Shown piece after piece: positions 45,573-60,312 of a DNA stretch of 64,000 nucleotides (the stretch's first letter is position 1; each line of letters begins with the position of its first letter). A program made the position numbers and the translations under genes. This DNA comes from Eledone cirrhosa (Eukaryota). The stretch lies in the NCBI GenBank assembly GCA_964016885.1, contig OZ024740.1, forward strand, positions 307,644,001 to 307,708,000, in the 5' to 3' direction. The notes below the pieces were generated by a model. It searched no databases and was not told the origin of the DNA. It was given only the letters and a program-made list of their open reading frames with translations.

Positions 45573-46202
45573 ATTAGGAAAACTATCACCAGTAGCCAGC
45601 ATTGTGACATAGCCTAGGGTGGGGAATATGTTACCTGGTAGAGAAAGAGGGACAGGCAGAGAGAACATTAATGCATTACATGCCCAACCTAGATATATTT
45701 TCCTGACAGTTCAGTAGTCCTTTGTACAAAGTGCACAAGATGGATCCTTGACCTAATACCATTTTGTCCTCCTCATCCTGCTAGTGAAATGCCTACCCCC
45801 ACCCCAACATGTCTTCTGAGGTAGGAGGCAGAGAAATTGTTGTCATAGCATAGTATACACACACATGTATGCATGTATGTGTGTATGTATAAACACACAC
45901 ATACACATACATACATACACACACACACACACATGTATGTGTGTATGTATACACACACTCACACACACACACACATATATATACATACACACACACATAT
46001 ATATATATAAATACATACATACACACACACGCACATATATACACATATGTATATATATATACATACATATACACACACACATTTATATACATATACATAC
46101 ATCAGATAGGGTGTGTTAAAAACCTGGTAGACAATAACCCACTGGGGTAGTAGAGTGGGTAATATGAAAAGATGCTAGATACATATATACACATATATAT
46201 TT

Positions 46203-46235
<33 letters not shown>

Positions 46236-46536
46236 ATTGTTTCTACTTTTGGCACAAGGCCAGCAAATAACCAGTGCATTACTGGTACTTTATTTTTATC
46301 GACCCCGTAAGGATGAAAAGCAAAGTTCACCTCGGCGTGATTTGAATTCAGTGTGGATTGGCAGTATCGGTAGAGGGTCGGACGCCATGCTTTCCAGCAT
46401 AGTTACGTCCCTTTACGATCTAAGTTCAAATCCCGCCGAGGTTGACTTTGCCTTTCATCCTTACGGAGTCGATAAAATAAAGTACCAGTAATGCACTGGG
46501 TAGATTGCTGGCCATGTGTCTAAAGTAGAAACAATT
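46236..46536. mobile_element. Inverted SINE S1 dimer (truncated minus copy 46236-46350 joined to a full plus copy 46353-46536)
   Basis: Both halves match the S1 consensus. The left end abuts (TA)n. Confidence 0.85.
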
Positions 46537-46713
46537 ATAATTATAATCAGGTCCCTTACGATTTGAACACATATATCTATATATCTGTGTTGTGTTTCTT
46601 TTATATTCTATTATAATATACGGTTCAGAAATATCTCTTTCTTTGAGCTATTTTGAGTTCCTAACTCAATATATACATTTAATATATATATATACATATA
46701 TCTATCTAGGGCA

Positions 46714-46754
<41 letters not shown>

Positions 46755-47847
46755 TATATATATATATATATATATATGCATATATATATCTATACACACA
46801 CCGATTTCAATACTGTTTGATATGAAATCAATGTTGAGGAAATGCAACAAGCAACTTAAAGTATCCAGAGGAAATTAAAAACTATCTTTAATACCATGAT
46901 ATTTCTTTAAAAGAAACATTTTAACTAATTCTACATTATCACAAAAGAAAATACTAGACAATTTTGAAATAGAAAATCTCATGATTCTACATGCTAGCTA
47001 GTTATGGAAAGTTTAGACACCTGTTTTTACTTTCCTTAAATATTAGAATAAAAGAAGAAAAAAAGCTCCTGCAACTATTTAATGTAAAAAGTGAATGCAG
47101 CTATAAATATGTGATAGAAGAAAAGAAGGAATTGACAAAATATTAAGTAAAGAAGAGTCCTCAAGTTGCTAGGGTCCAAGTGAAAAGTCAACTATTTTAC
47201 TAGAACAAACATGCTGATACTGGCCTAGAACATGTCTAAGCAGGTTAGCAGTATAAAATAGCTGGATGGCAACCCAAGTTACCCTCCTCCCACCAACCCT
47301 ATTTTCTCTCTCTTAAAAGGAATGTCAGTTGTAGCTTTAGAACTACTACTACAGTATTATTGAAATATGATTTTAAATATTCTTGAAGAGATTAAAATAA
47401 CAAAGAAAACCAAACCATGAAGAGACCTTTTTTTGTATTAGAAAACAAAAATAAATAAATAAATAAAGATTTACCACTTGGTACTTTGCAACTGACACTT
47501 CCCTGCCACCTGAACTTTGACTTGACCCCCCACCTGTCATTGCTGTTCATGTTCTGAAACTGATGTAGTTAACAGTGAACTTTTGGCAAGCAGTATTTGT
47601 TGAAATCTATTCCTATCTATGAGGTTCAGATAGTAATAGCTTAACTATAAACCCAACTTTTATCATCAGCCACCAGACAAAATGCATGGTATTTTTTCTG
47701 ATTCTTTGTGTTCTCAGTTCAAATCCCTCTAAGGTCAATTTTATCTTTCATATCCTTCTGGGTCAATGAAATAAACTACCAATCAAGTACTGAGGTCCAG
47801 ATAATTGACTTTCCCCTTCCCCAAATTGCAGGCCTTCTGACATTATT

Positions 47848-48031
47848 GTGGATTGGCAGTATCGGTAGAGGGTCGGACACCATGCTTTGACACATAGAGT
47901 TACGGCCCTTGCCATTCTGAGTTCAAATCCCGCCGAGGTTAACTTTGCCTTTCATCCTTACGGGGTCGATAAAATAAAGTACCAGTAATGCACTGGGTAA
48001 TTGCTGGCCTTGTGCCAAAAGTAGAACAATT
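47848..48031 (+). mobile_element. SINE S1 inserted at the end of an older relative (~47680-47840)
   Basis: Full S1 copy. Upstream lies the decayed agttcaaatccc..ctttcatatccttctgggtcaatgaaataaactacc. Confidence 0.82.
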
Positions 48032-49009
48032 ATTATTAGTAGTAGTAGTAGCATTTACTGTTGTTGTTCACCTAGAGGGTGTATATATATATATTTGATA
48101 AGAGTATATCTTGATAATCTATAAGTTTAGTATGGAACTAACAGTTAATACCTGCATGTACATACATGTCAACTTCAAGGTGGCTATTTGGTTTGTTAGA
48201 AGTAACAACCAAATCACAATCCCACTACACAGTAACATCTAAAAAAAGAATGAATGATACATTTGATAGTGTACCCTAGATATACATTGCTGGGGGGGGG
48301 GGGGGGGGGGGGTCAAAATTATTTCCCCCCCCCCCCCTTTTTTGATGATAGGTTTGATCAATCAGGGTGAGCTAGGGAAAAAACAACAATAACACACTGA
48401 CACAAAAGCAGGTCTAAAAAAAGAGCAATTTAGAAATACTAAATGACAATGAGAGCCATAACAATAATAACAACAACAACAGTAGAGTAGAGATGATAAG
48501 TTGTTTCCTATGTGGGAATATGAGAGATTTGAAGAAAGTAATAAAATAAAAAGGGGGGGGGGCTAAAGAAATAGTAGTAATAGTAAAGGGAGGAGGTGTT
48601 ATACAAACAGCACCAACTGCTGCCTCAAGGAAGCAGGTCAATGCATGCTTCAGTAGTTTCTGCACAACTATTTATATAGGTCATATTTAGAATGCTTAAA
48701 ATCTATCATGTCCTTTTGTATTGCAACTTAGTTCAATTTACTACTGCTACTACAATTAGTTTTTCGTATATATATGCAGTACACAGGCTTGCAAACCAGT
48801 AGGATACAAGCTCATTTTGACAAAGATAAGGCAATGTATGTGAACATATGCATATATAATATGCTCCATCATGACCACAGCTAAATGACTGAAATCAGTA
48901 AAGAGTGAACATGTATACTATATTATCATCACTGTTTAATGTCTATTTTTCAAGCTTGCATGGATGGGATTGCTATATATGTTGGACTTCTGACATTTCT
49001 GACTACAAA

Positions 49010-49305
49010 TATGCCAGTTGATTCAATCAACAGAACTGCCTGCTTCTGAAATTAATGTGTAAATGGCTAAGCAATCCATAAACATGTACACCTTTAACAT
49101 AGATCTCAGGAAGATTCAGCATGACACGAGATGTGACAAGGCTGTCCCCTTAAATTATAGATACAACTCATTTTTGCCAGCTGAGTGGATTGGAACAATG
49201 TGAAATGAAGTGTCTTGCTCAAGGGTACAATGTGCTGCTTGTTCTCAGAATTGAACTCATGACATGACAATTATGAGCTCAGCACCTTAACCCCTAAACC
49301 ACACA
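49010..49305 (-). mobile_element. Decayed tRNA-derived SINE (S2-related)
   Basis: The minus strand has ggttaaggtgctg..gagttcaattc..cccttgagcaagacactt..ccactcagctggcaaaaatgag. Confidence 0.7.
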
Positions 49306-49329
49306 CTTTGAAATAAGTATGAATATATA

Positions 49330-50335
49330 TATCATCATTATTATCACTGTTTCACATGCATTTTCCATGCTTGCATGGGTTAGGCAGGATGACATGTGAG
49401 GCCAGACAGGTTTGGTGATTACATCTTGCTCATATGTTCTGATTTTGGCTTGGTTTTCTATGGCTGGATGCCCTTCTTGATGCTAACCATATTACAGTAT
49501 GTATTCATAGGTTGTTTTTTTTTTTGAGGCATTAACAAGGTGGACTGTGTGCTTTTTGTTGTTGTGGCCATACACTACTATCATACAATATCTTGGTTCA
49601 CACTGACACCCTGCTTTGCTATGTGGAATACCTCATGCCTCTTGTCCTGTTAGCCAGCTTCTCTTTTAGTTACTCCATATTGCTCTTTACTGTCCCCATT
49701 TTTCCAGTTTTTCTATACCTCTAGCTTAGATTTAATGGCTCTGTCTACAGAGCTATTCCACCACCAAATCGGCTTTCGTCTAGCTGGTGGCTTGCTCTAG
49801 TCACAAGTCTCATCAGTGGTCTGCAGTAAGTTGTCTTGTAGAAACTTCCAATTGTTCCCTATGTCATATATTTCAATCTTGTTCTCTCTTGCCAGATGTA
49901 TCAAGTAGAGCTTTTCTAAACCCATACTTAACAGAGTGCAATGTTGCATGGCAGTGAAACATGGGCAGTAATGCAAAGGCTGGAGAGAAATGAAGTGAGC
50001 ATGCTTTGATGGATGTGTGATGTTAATATGCATGAATGGTTAAGCATGATGAGATGAGCATAAGAGGAATTAAATGTAGTCTACAAGAGAGAAGATTGCA
50101 CTGTTATGGACTGTGATGAAACAAACAAAATGATGAAAATTGGATGAACAAGTGTTAGTTCCTAGTTGAAAAAAGCAGGAGAAGAGCTTGGCAGAAGTGG
50201 GGAGAGTGGATCTCAAAACGTTGGACCTCTCAGAAAATGACAAAAGAATGCAGTAGGTGAAGGGTTGTGGTGGAAAAGACCCACCCAATCCATAATAGCA
50301 TGGGAAAATGGATGTAAAATGGTGTTGATAATGAT
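49330..50335. mobile_element. Decayed RTE fragments in both orientations
   Basis: 49330-49560 (-) is a 3' UTR with ggatgcccttc and a cat tail. 49600-49900 (-) reads NWKFLQDNLLQTTDETC. 49930-50335 (+) reads [16 protein letters not shown] with an (atg) tail. Confidence 0.7.
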
Positions 50336-50429
50336 ATATATATAGAGAGAGTGGGTAGTTTGCTAGAAGCAATGTGTAAAGTGTATAAAATAGTGTTTGT
50401 TTGAAAGCTACCACAATGTGAATTGGATA

Positions 50430-50469
<40 letters not shown>

Positions 50470-50545
50470 TCATCATCATCACATCATCATATATATATAT
50501 ATATATTATATATATTCATTTTATTTACTATATTATGTATATATA

Positions 50546-51380
50546 CAAGGTGTATCAGAAAGTAACAGGACTTAGTATGCTGTGTGAGCTATGAGTGGCG
50601 TAGGAATTAGCGGGTTGTGTCACCATGTGATGTAATATCTGGGGAGCATATAACTGAAGCTATTGGATGTTTTTTCACATGCTTTTGTTAACAGCTCCTC
50701 AATTTTAGCAGTCGAGCGATGAACTAACCTGAAGTATATGGTCTGACTGAGGAAAACTCTGCCAGAAGCACTCAGAATACTGCAGCAAGTGTACGAAGTT
50801 GAGACGATGTTGCGCTCATGGGTTTTTGAGTGGCACAAAAAGTTCAAAGAGGGACGCAAGGACATAGAAGACGACCTCTGGAACAGAAGGCCTTCAATGA
50901 GCTGGACTGAGGCCAACGTTGAGTGCATGAGGCTAGTGGTGCATGGCAATTGTCAGGTGACTATTTGACAGATCGCAAGTGAGCTAGGCATGAATCGTGA
51001 GTGTTTGGAAGATTATCACTGAAAATTTGGGCATGCGGAAGATCTGCGCAAAGATGGTGATGAAGCTGCTGAACAATGACTGCATGCACGCGTGTCAGGA
51101 CATCCTTGAGCATCTTGAAACTGAACTAGGCTTTTTCTTTATACACAAGCTCAAGAGGGCCATCAAGGGGACCAGTTTTCCAAATGAGGAAACCATTAAG
51201 AGGGCTGTGACGACAGAGCTGTGGAGAATCCTTCGAGGAGTTCATAGAGGCATGGCAGAGAAAGAGGGGAATGTGCATTAGACATGACGGGAATTATTTC
51301 GAAGAAGAAAACTTGCAGTTTGTAGTTTGGATTTGAAATATTTTTTGTGACCCCCAGTCCTGTTTCTTTTCATATACATA
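50546..51380 (+). mobile_element. Internally deleted mariner transposon
   Basis: TA|caaggtgtatcagaaagtaacaggact pairs with agtcctgtttcttttcatatac as TIRs. The protein remnant reads EALRILQQVY..VFEWHKKFKEGR..EDD..RPS..IASELG..LGMRKICAKMVMKLL (WVP variant), then KLKRAIKG..F. Confidence 0.88.
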
Positions 51381-51559
51381 CACACACACATATATATATA
51401 CATATGCACACACACATATATATATATATACATATGCACACACACACACATTTATATATACATACGCACACACACACACACTCATATATATGCACACACA
51501 TTTATATATACATATGCACACACACACACTCATATATATACACACACACACACATATAT

Positions 51560-51592
<33 letters not shown>

Positions 51593-53075
51593 TATACATA
51601 TATATATACTCACACACATACACATATATATATATATATACATACATATATACATATACATACATATATACATATACACACACAAATATATATATAATAA
51701 ATGAAACAAACAAAACACAGGAGGCAATTTTACAGTTATATTAGGTTCATATATATTTAAATACACACATATATATATATATATTTATATATATACATAT
51801 ATATATACACATGTATCTATATAATGTATATACATATATATATATACCTACATACATACATTCACACACATATATATGTGTGTGTGTGTATCCATGTAAA
51901 AAGTTCAGTGTTAGTACTTTCTGCAAACCGTTGTTTTGACACAGTTTCCGTTGCTAATTACATTTTCTACACAAACTAAAAACTTTTCCTATTGTTTTCA
52001 CCAAGAATGAATAAAAAAAACAAAAAAAAAAACACCACAATAATAATCTTCATTTCTGACATTTCAAATCCACAATGCACCTCCTTCTCTCCCATAAGAC
52101 GAAGAGAACGGGACTGTATTAAACATATATACATTAATAACAATAATAGTAATCTTTTTATTATTGCCGCAAAGGCGACGGATGAAGGGACAATTTACAG
52201 GGACACAATAGCAGAAATACAAGAAATAGGAATATTTTATTTTATAATTTGTTAATCTAAACTGGAGTAATTTTTATAGTCCATGGGTTTTCACATTATT
52301 TTAGCTTGAAGCGTATTTTTAAAACAGTTTTTGTTTGTTTATTGCTTTCGTGTTGTATTTCTCTCTCTCTCTTTGTATCCCCCACTCTTCTGCTGTTCAC
52401 TAAGAAAATAAACTGTACTTCTTCACCTAGTTTTTTTTTATCTTGTAAAAGTCAATATTTGTCGATTCGATTGTTTTTAGCACGAGATGGGAAAGGTGTA
52501 TGGGAGAGAAGAGGAAAACACAAAAGAAAAAAATATGAGGAAAGGAAGGCTAAGAAAACTTGTGAAAGATCTAAGATTGGTGGAAGATAGAGGATGAGAA
52601 TGAATTAATTATGGTAACAAGCCAAATTATCTTCGATGACCACAGAAATGTGAGCAAGATTAACTCTATGTATGTGTGTGTGTAAAGAAAGAGAGATACA
52701 AGATTAGATTCGTTGTTCAGTGCAAAACAACGTGAACATTTTCAGATCAGCACACATTTTACTATATTATTTTGATGTAGCGGAATTTATCGAATGGAGT
52801 ACTAATAAAATAAATGTGCAAAATCTAAAAAACGGAGAATCGCATTGTTTTTCAACACCAGCTCAATACTACTACACGTTTTTAAAAAAAATTTTGTTCT
52901 ATGAACCCCTGCAAGAGTACCCACTTTAAAATTTGTATGAAACACTTAATGTATGCTTTAAAATAAATCCCTTTACACTACGTACACCTTTTACATACAC
53001 GAGTTTTCGTCTATTAAAAGCGGATAGCAGCTCATAACTAAAGAATTTCTCGGCAAACCGACAATCACATTCTTG

Positions 53076-53107
<32 letters not shown>

Positions 53108-53330
53108 ATAAAAGAAGTAGTGCAGCATTTAAAAACATTCCTTCTTTTTATTTAACAGTATATCTGTGCAGATAAACACAACCTAATGTGAAAGGGGGGG
53201 CATGAGAATTCTATATAATAAAAAATACGTTTACTTAAAAAGTTAAAGCAACCAATATAAATATATATATATTTGGTTGCTTTAAAGTTTTAACTTTTCA
53301 TTACTAACCACACACATATATATAGTATCA

Positions 53331-53377
53331 CGATACTTTTTTTTATTTCATCAAATACATACACATGCATGCATGTG

Positions 53378-53433
<56 letters not shown>

Positions 53434-53441
53434 TGCATGTG

Positions 53442-53485
<44 letters not shown>

Positions 53486-53501
53486 TGCATGTGTATATAT
53501 G

Positions 53502-53551
<50 letters not shown>

Positions 53552-53563
53552 TGCATGTGTGTA

Positions 53564-53619
<56 letters not shown>

Positions 53620-53665
53620 TATGCATGTGTATGTATTTGATGAAATTAAAAAAAAGAAAGTATCG
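53331..53665. repeat. Inverted repeat (~40-bp arms) around a TA/CA minisatellite; a smaller TA-centred palindrome lies at 53238-53298
   Basis: cgatacttt..tttcatcaaatacatacacatgcat pairs with atgcatgtgtatgtatttgatgaaa..aaagtatcg, and ttaaagcaaccaa pairs with ttggttgctttaa. Confidence 0.85.
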
Positions 53666-56110
53666 TTATACTTTTCATGTCTAATATTTCTTTTACATAA
53701 ACACAAACTATTTATCAGAATGTTTTCAAAGTAAAATAAATATAAATAATAAAATAAAGAAGCAGGGATGTGCGGTGTAGGTCAGGTTATTTGTGCTGTA
53801 GCTAATAAATGAAAAGTTTCACCAATGCCAATCTACATGTGTTGTCCCTAAACTGGAACAGTTGTTTTCATGAATGCAATTCTCTCTCTCTCTCTCTATG
53901 TGTTTGTCTCAGTCTGTGTTTGCGTGTTAGCAGAATTTAATCTTTCTGAACTGTTTCCACTCAGCAGGCAAACCAGAAATAAACAAACATGAGAACACAA
54001 AAGACAACCAAGTCTATCTTAACTACTATATCTATCTAAGTTGATAGAAAGCAGGGTGTACATGTAGTAAAGTCAGTTTCGTATCAACTTCATTAATAAC
54101 TGAACTGACTTGTTGAAATTTCTAGTTAGGTGGTACATACACAAGTATAGCAGCAGCACCACCACCACCATATACATACGCACACAAACGACTGAGAGGG
54201 GGGAGGGGTAGAAGGGGAGGGAGAGAATAATTAAAGTGATTTTTCTTCCATGGTAAAAGTTCGTATGTGTGAAGGGGTTGGGAAATATATTTAGGACCAA
54301 GCAGGAACAGTTTCTGATGGAAACCAGATATTTTCAGAAATATTCTTAGCTGTAGAGCCTGTGGTCTGTCACTTGAAATGAATAGAAGAAAGAAAGAAAG
54401 GAAGAAATGGGATTGGCAACTGGAAACAGATGTCGAAATGATTGGTAGGTATAGAACTTTAGTCACATACATTCACATCGCAATGAAGGCTGAAATGAAA
54501 GTTAAAGAGGGAGTATGGTTCTAACGTTACTTAAAGGACAGTTAGCAGAAGTGGTACAACATCAACACAAACGTAGATAGCCTAGTCAACCCCGTTAGTA
54601 TTATACATAAAAATATTAGTTTCATCAAGTATCACAAAACTCAATGAATACGGCAAGCTCTTTCAATTGATATGTGTATTAGACAACTACCTCACTGTTA
54701 TGCACATACACAACTATACCTACCACTTATAATATAAGATTGTGTTATATGTTGTTCTGTTTATTATATATTTTTAATTCACGGAATCCCTGGTTAATAC
54801 TATGGCAGACACCCTTTCTTATCAGACTTTTATATCCCATTCGTTCATCTCTGCTTTTTCTGAGTTCAAATCCAGCCAACGTCGACCTTAGCTTTCATCT
54901 TTTTAGAGATATGAGCAATAATATTAATATCGACTCAAATCTACTACAAATCTTTCCGTGTCAGTTTAGCCAATTGTGTGTTTAAAAAAAAAAGATTTAG
55001 CCAAAGAAGGAACATGAATTTCGCAGGCTTTCTCAGACTGCCTTATTAAAGATTGAATTCATTACTAACACCCATGACTGTGTGGTGGTTTTAGACAGGG
55101 CATAGATAATTTGACATTTCTTCCTTTGGAAGGAAAGATGTAATGAGCAGAAAGTTTACTACTGTTTTCCACCAAATATTTGTTGTTTAGCTCCTAAGTA
55201 CAAACTGAACAAGTAGACTTATGTTGAAAAACAATCCATAGGGTTTCCCCCCCATATATTATCCAATATATATTCTTCGTTTTATTTAAGACAATAAAAT
55301 ATAATTTGAAGGAGATTTGACTGCTAATTCAAGCATTTTGAGCAACCATGTGGAAGATTTCTCTCTTGATTGATAAAATACATAGATACTTAGGTTCATA
55401 TTTTAAAGGGAAGGAATGGATGATAATACCTTTACTCTCCCGTGGCAATCAATTCATAAAACCTGGCACTATGAGAATTGAAAAACCTACATGAGTTGTC
55501 TGAAACAATATGTGTACATCTGTTCCAGACTTGTAGATGGAATCAGACAATATGTTGTGTTTGGTCATGTCCTATTATGCTCTAGATGTTAGGGTTGATA
55601 TAATGAAGGTAATATCTATCAAAGCAGTAAAAACAAAAACTGCTACCAGTCCCTTCTGTAGACATCTGAAGAAACGACAAAAAGGGCATTTGCAAGGACA
55701 GAAACAACATCAAATTTCAGATCCAGTCATAAAATCTAGGTGACAACTGAAACTAACTGATGTCAGTGAGGCAAATAGAGTGGATTAATATAAAATATGA
55801 AATAAATACTCACATTTAGAAACAAATACCAGTGTGTAGTTAGTGAATCTAAAATGCATAGCTTCAATTTTTATTTATTGGTATGAAATTAGATTAGTGG
55901 GTTCATAAGCAATCTCATATTCACAACATTAAATCAATATATCATTTCTCATTCTACTACTATAATGGCCTATGCTCCTAATATGCTAACTTTATGTCAA
56001 CATAACTTGAACCTACTGTACATATTTAACTCTCTCTCTTTCTCGTGTGACCTCTATTATATTTCATGTTCCAACTCTACATGTAAATACTGTGTTCAGT
56101 TTGCCCTACT

Positions 56111-56175
56111 TAAAACATATATGTCCAATTCATATGCCTTCATAGAAGGCATATGAATTGGACATATATGTTTTA
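56111..56175. repeat. Perfect 31-bp hairpin with 3-nt loop
   Basis: taaaacatatatgtccaattcatatgccttc-ata-gaaggcatatgaattggacatatatgtttta. Confidence 0.92.
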
Positions 56176-58399
56176 TTAAACAATAACAACCATAACTAAC
56201 TTTTATAAGTGCATACAATGTCATTGGGTGTACAACCTATTCAATGAATGGAGCATATATATAAATTAATCTAAACCATAGTGTTGTACTATCAATAATA
56301 TTTTCATTTACAATACAAATTTACTGATTTAACTAAGCAAAAGTGGTTGGCATAAGGAAAGGAATACAATAGTAGAAACTGTGGCCACGAAATGGAATGT
56401 ATGAGCAAGACCTGATCCAACCCATCTTGTCTTAGTCTGTGACAACTTGTCCAACCAATGCCAGCAGGGGAAATGGATGTAAATTGATGATAATGATGAT
56501 TTCAGCAGTAAAGCTCTTCACTGGTATTCATCACAAATACACTCTCAAACTATTCGTTAGGTTCCTTTTTACTTTATCAGCTCATATAAGATTTACATCA
56601 ATGTTTCTACTAGTATAGCTGGGATGATTCTGCACAGCATTTAGTTTGTACAATTTACATATGAATTACTGGAACATGTGTTTAACATAGCTTAAGTTGA
56701 TTGCTGAACTGTGAAGTGAGGGTGGCACCCATTTTTACTTAGGCAGTGTAAGGTTACCTATTCAAGACCTTGTAGTTAGTAGTCTACTGTTTTGTTGTTG
56801 TCATCAGAATATTGTTAGCTTGGAAAGAATATTAACTGCAACAAACATGTTCATTTTCGAAAATACACAACAGACCAAACCTATAAATGAGTATCTTGAA
56901 TATCAAACAGAAGAAGCAACAATAAGAATATTTTAGAGTAGTGATCCTTTTACATAGTTTAATAAATGGTAGAGAGGCCATAATAGAAATATGATATATA
57001 TATATATATACATGCACACACACACATACATTTAGTGAACTCTAGTAGCAAAGCTGGTGTATGTGAGTGTTGATGTGCATCTTTTATCTTCCTGGAGTTT
57101 ATTATGTTGATAAAAGCTTTGAGAGTCAATAAACAGAAGACACATCTCAACTGCTTAGAGCTAATTTCTAATAAATAAAGAATCTGGTTAAATTTCATCC
57201 AGCTCACTAATTGTGCCTAAAAGTATGAGAGGAACAACTATGTTCTCTGTTATGAGTTAAAATGTCATAAACTTTGCATTATTGTAAATCAAACTAAAAA
57301 ACATCCCAAAATATATTTTTTCAAGCTAATTAGACAGAAGCAAAACAGAAAGAAATAAAAAGTTATCTTTTTAGTGTTTATATGGTTGAAGGAAGGGGAA
57401 GAGAAACTAAGAAATAATAGCAGTGTGTAACAGATGGTATATGATGTAAAGAGGAAGTTCTAACAGACTCTAACTTACAATGGGGAAAAGAAGAGTATAA
57501 TAAGAAAACAGGAAACCATACTATCAACTCTGCTATTAACTATATTAAAGACCAAAAACAAGATAAGTGTACCTGTGTGAAAGTATCTGGTGGACAACAT
57601 CTGAGTCATGTAGCAAGGTTACATTTCAAATAAAAATAAAATGTAAAATTACAAAAAAAAAGAAAGAAAAAAAAAAACAGTTGGAGTCATCTAGCTATCT
57701 AAATAACTGTCATTCTGCTAATAAAAAAGAAATGAGGGTGTCAGAGGTACATTTGGCCATGGAGTCAGGAAATCTGCCAGATTATAGCTGCAGGCATCAC
57801 TAAGTAATTGATAAGCACAATACAAATTTAAAAAAAACACACAATATCTACAGGCATTTTTAATATTATATTGTAAGTACAAAGTTTACTCATGTGAACT
57901 TTGATATATCCTGAAGTTTCTATGTGATAATTTGTTTTCATTTTAGAAAATATATATTCAGTTTCAATAATCGATACAGTGTATTCTATAACTCCTTCAC
58001 AACCATTCCTACATGTTACCACATGGAGAAGAGATAGTCTAAATTCCGGTATTTCATGTGAAATACTTTTCCAGTATTACACCTTGTAAATTTATTAATA
58101 GACATTAAAACAAAAACTTCATTGTAGCTTGCTTAAGGGTATGATAGAATAGATGAAGCTTAAACAAGCTACAAAACTACTGTACTCTCAGTGTGACATA
58201 TAAACACAGAGAATCAGAAAGTGTGTGTGTGTGTGTGTGTAAATGGACACTCTGGAAAGCTATGCTTCATACATAAATATTTGCATTGTGGTTCAGTACA
58301 ATTGTCAATTTAAACACACATATGATGCTGTTATATTCACTATTGTTTTATTATTTTTCAAAGTATATATTAAGTATCAAAGTCTTCACTACATATATG

Positions 58400-58700
58400 A
58401 CCAGGTCGCTCTCTGATACTCAAATCTGATGTATCTTTATATTAAATGGCCAACATTACTATGCAACTGTTGTACTTTCAACACATTCTCAGAACTCAGT
58501 TGACAATATGTGGACTAGAAAAGGGCCTTCCATCAGAGTAAAGTTCTTATTTGTTTCATTTGATGAGCGATAAATGAAGTTCTTGAGTGGGTGACTTAAC
58601 TGAGAAATCATATTACCAAACATGGTTGAAAGGTTTGCTAATGTCAAGGGCAAATAACAGAATTTGAAATGGTCTGACAATTAGAATCAGTAGAAGTCCT
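58400..58700 (-). mobile_element. Ancient LINE RT fragment (CR1/Jockey-like)
   Basis: A minus frame reads ALDISKPFNHVW*, a decayed LDISKAFD.VWH. Confidence 0.55.
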
Positions 58701-59321
58701 CCATTATGATATTGTATATTTGACCTATTGCCAGTGTCACAAACTTCTCATCTCACTAAAATTGTAAATATAGTTGGATATCAACAGTTTAATATGGTTT
58801 TAGAGAGTGAAGCCATTATTTATGCTAGCATAAAGAAATGGTGGGAGACCATTGCAATAAAACACACACACACGTTTTTATTGCTTTACATGGTGTTCCT
58901 CTATGTTAGTATCATAGAAATGTTTTTCTTTTTTATTAGAGAGAAACACTACTCTAATGTGAGGCAGGTCTAGGGAAATTATATGTATGAAATTAAGGAA
59001 ATAAATAAATGCTTTTTAAATGGCTTCACTCTAGGTTGGATTAACCATTAAACAAAATAAGCACATGCTTATAGTATCAAGGAAAGAGGGGCACTATTTC
59101 ATTCAAATTACCATATATACTTGAATATAAGCCGACCTCTTCTCTTACACAATATACTCTTATCATACTTGCTCTAAAAGATATACTTCCAATAATTCAC
59201 AGGTTTTCAGTGAATCAACTAAACCAATTCATATTACATAAACCCTAAACAGCTATTACTCTCACAATATTCTCACTCAACATTCATGTTTTAAAGGAAA
59301 GAGTTATAATTATAAGTTTAA

Positions 59322-59539
59322 CCCTTTAAGATTTACATTACCCTATATATACTATTATATTTTCATGGTAAAATCCTTACCTCACGTAATTATCTCAGAT
59401 AATATCAAATCTATGGGATGATATTATTTAATTTGAGAACAATACCTTAACATCAGTATGAGTGGCCAGTTACAGCCGGTTTGAACAGAAAGAGGTGAGA
59501 GAACTCTGGCTGGATATGTCTGGTTTAAATGCTAAAGCA
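59322..59539 (+). mobile_element. piggyBac-type MITE (TTAA TSD)
   Basis: ttaa|cccttt..aaatgctaaagca|ttaa; homologous to 62850-63054. Confidence 0.82.
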
Positions 59540-59589
59540 TTAAGGAATATTTTAAAAATCAAACCATGTTAATTAAATATTTTATTTAA

Positions 59590-59797
59590 CTCTTAACATC
59601 CTGCAATGATTTAGCAGAAAATATCAAAAAGCAAGTTTGTTACTTCAAATGTTTATAGTAACCTTACTGGTGAACAGATCATTGTGAAAAATTAAAATAA
59701 ACTAAAGACTTCAATATATAATGTGATGCAGTGTTGTTTTTTCACTTTTCAAGAATGTTGTGCTAATGTGTTTTCATGAGGTATAAGGTGTTAAGAG
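59590..59797. mobile_element. Second TTAA-flanked MITE family
   Basis: ttaa|ctcttaacatc...ggtgttaagag|ttaa. Confidence 0.65.
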
Positions 59798-60277
59798 TTA
59801 AGTAGCTTGTACTTGTAACCAAAAAAGGGCTGGTTCTAAGAGATGAAAAAAGTTGCTTAGCTAGATTATTCAAATGCAGAACAATTATGGTGTTAGAGAA
59901 GTGACTAGAACAATTTTCTAGTGTGCTATGATTTGTAGAGCAAAATATAGGACTTTCTGCTCCTTACAATATACACATGGGTGTGAGTGTGGAGGGATTA
60001 GGATGCACTAGAGAAAAACGTATTGAATATATGTAGTAAAGTTTATTCATCTATTTGAAGATTCATGGCACTGGAAAATTTATAGTGATGAAGTGCGCAG
60101 CCTTAGCTGCAAATATATGTGTGTCACTTATGGACTCACTTCTTCCCTACTCTCACCATTCCTACTGTCTTATTAAACTTTCTACTAAATACCCCCACCC
60201 AATCCTTCCCAGAACTGAGTGAGACATTCTAGAAGTCCCTACACTTATATATAAGTGTATGTGTGTATGTATGTATG

Positions 60278-60312
<35 letters not shown>

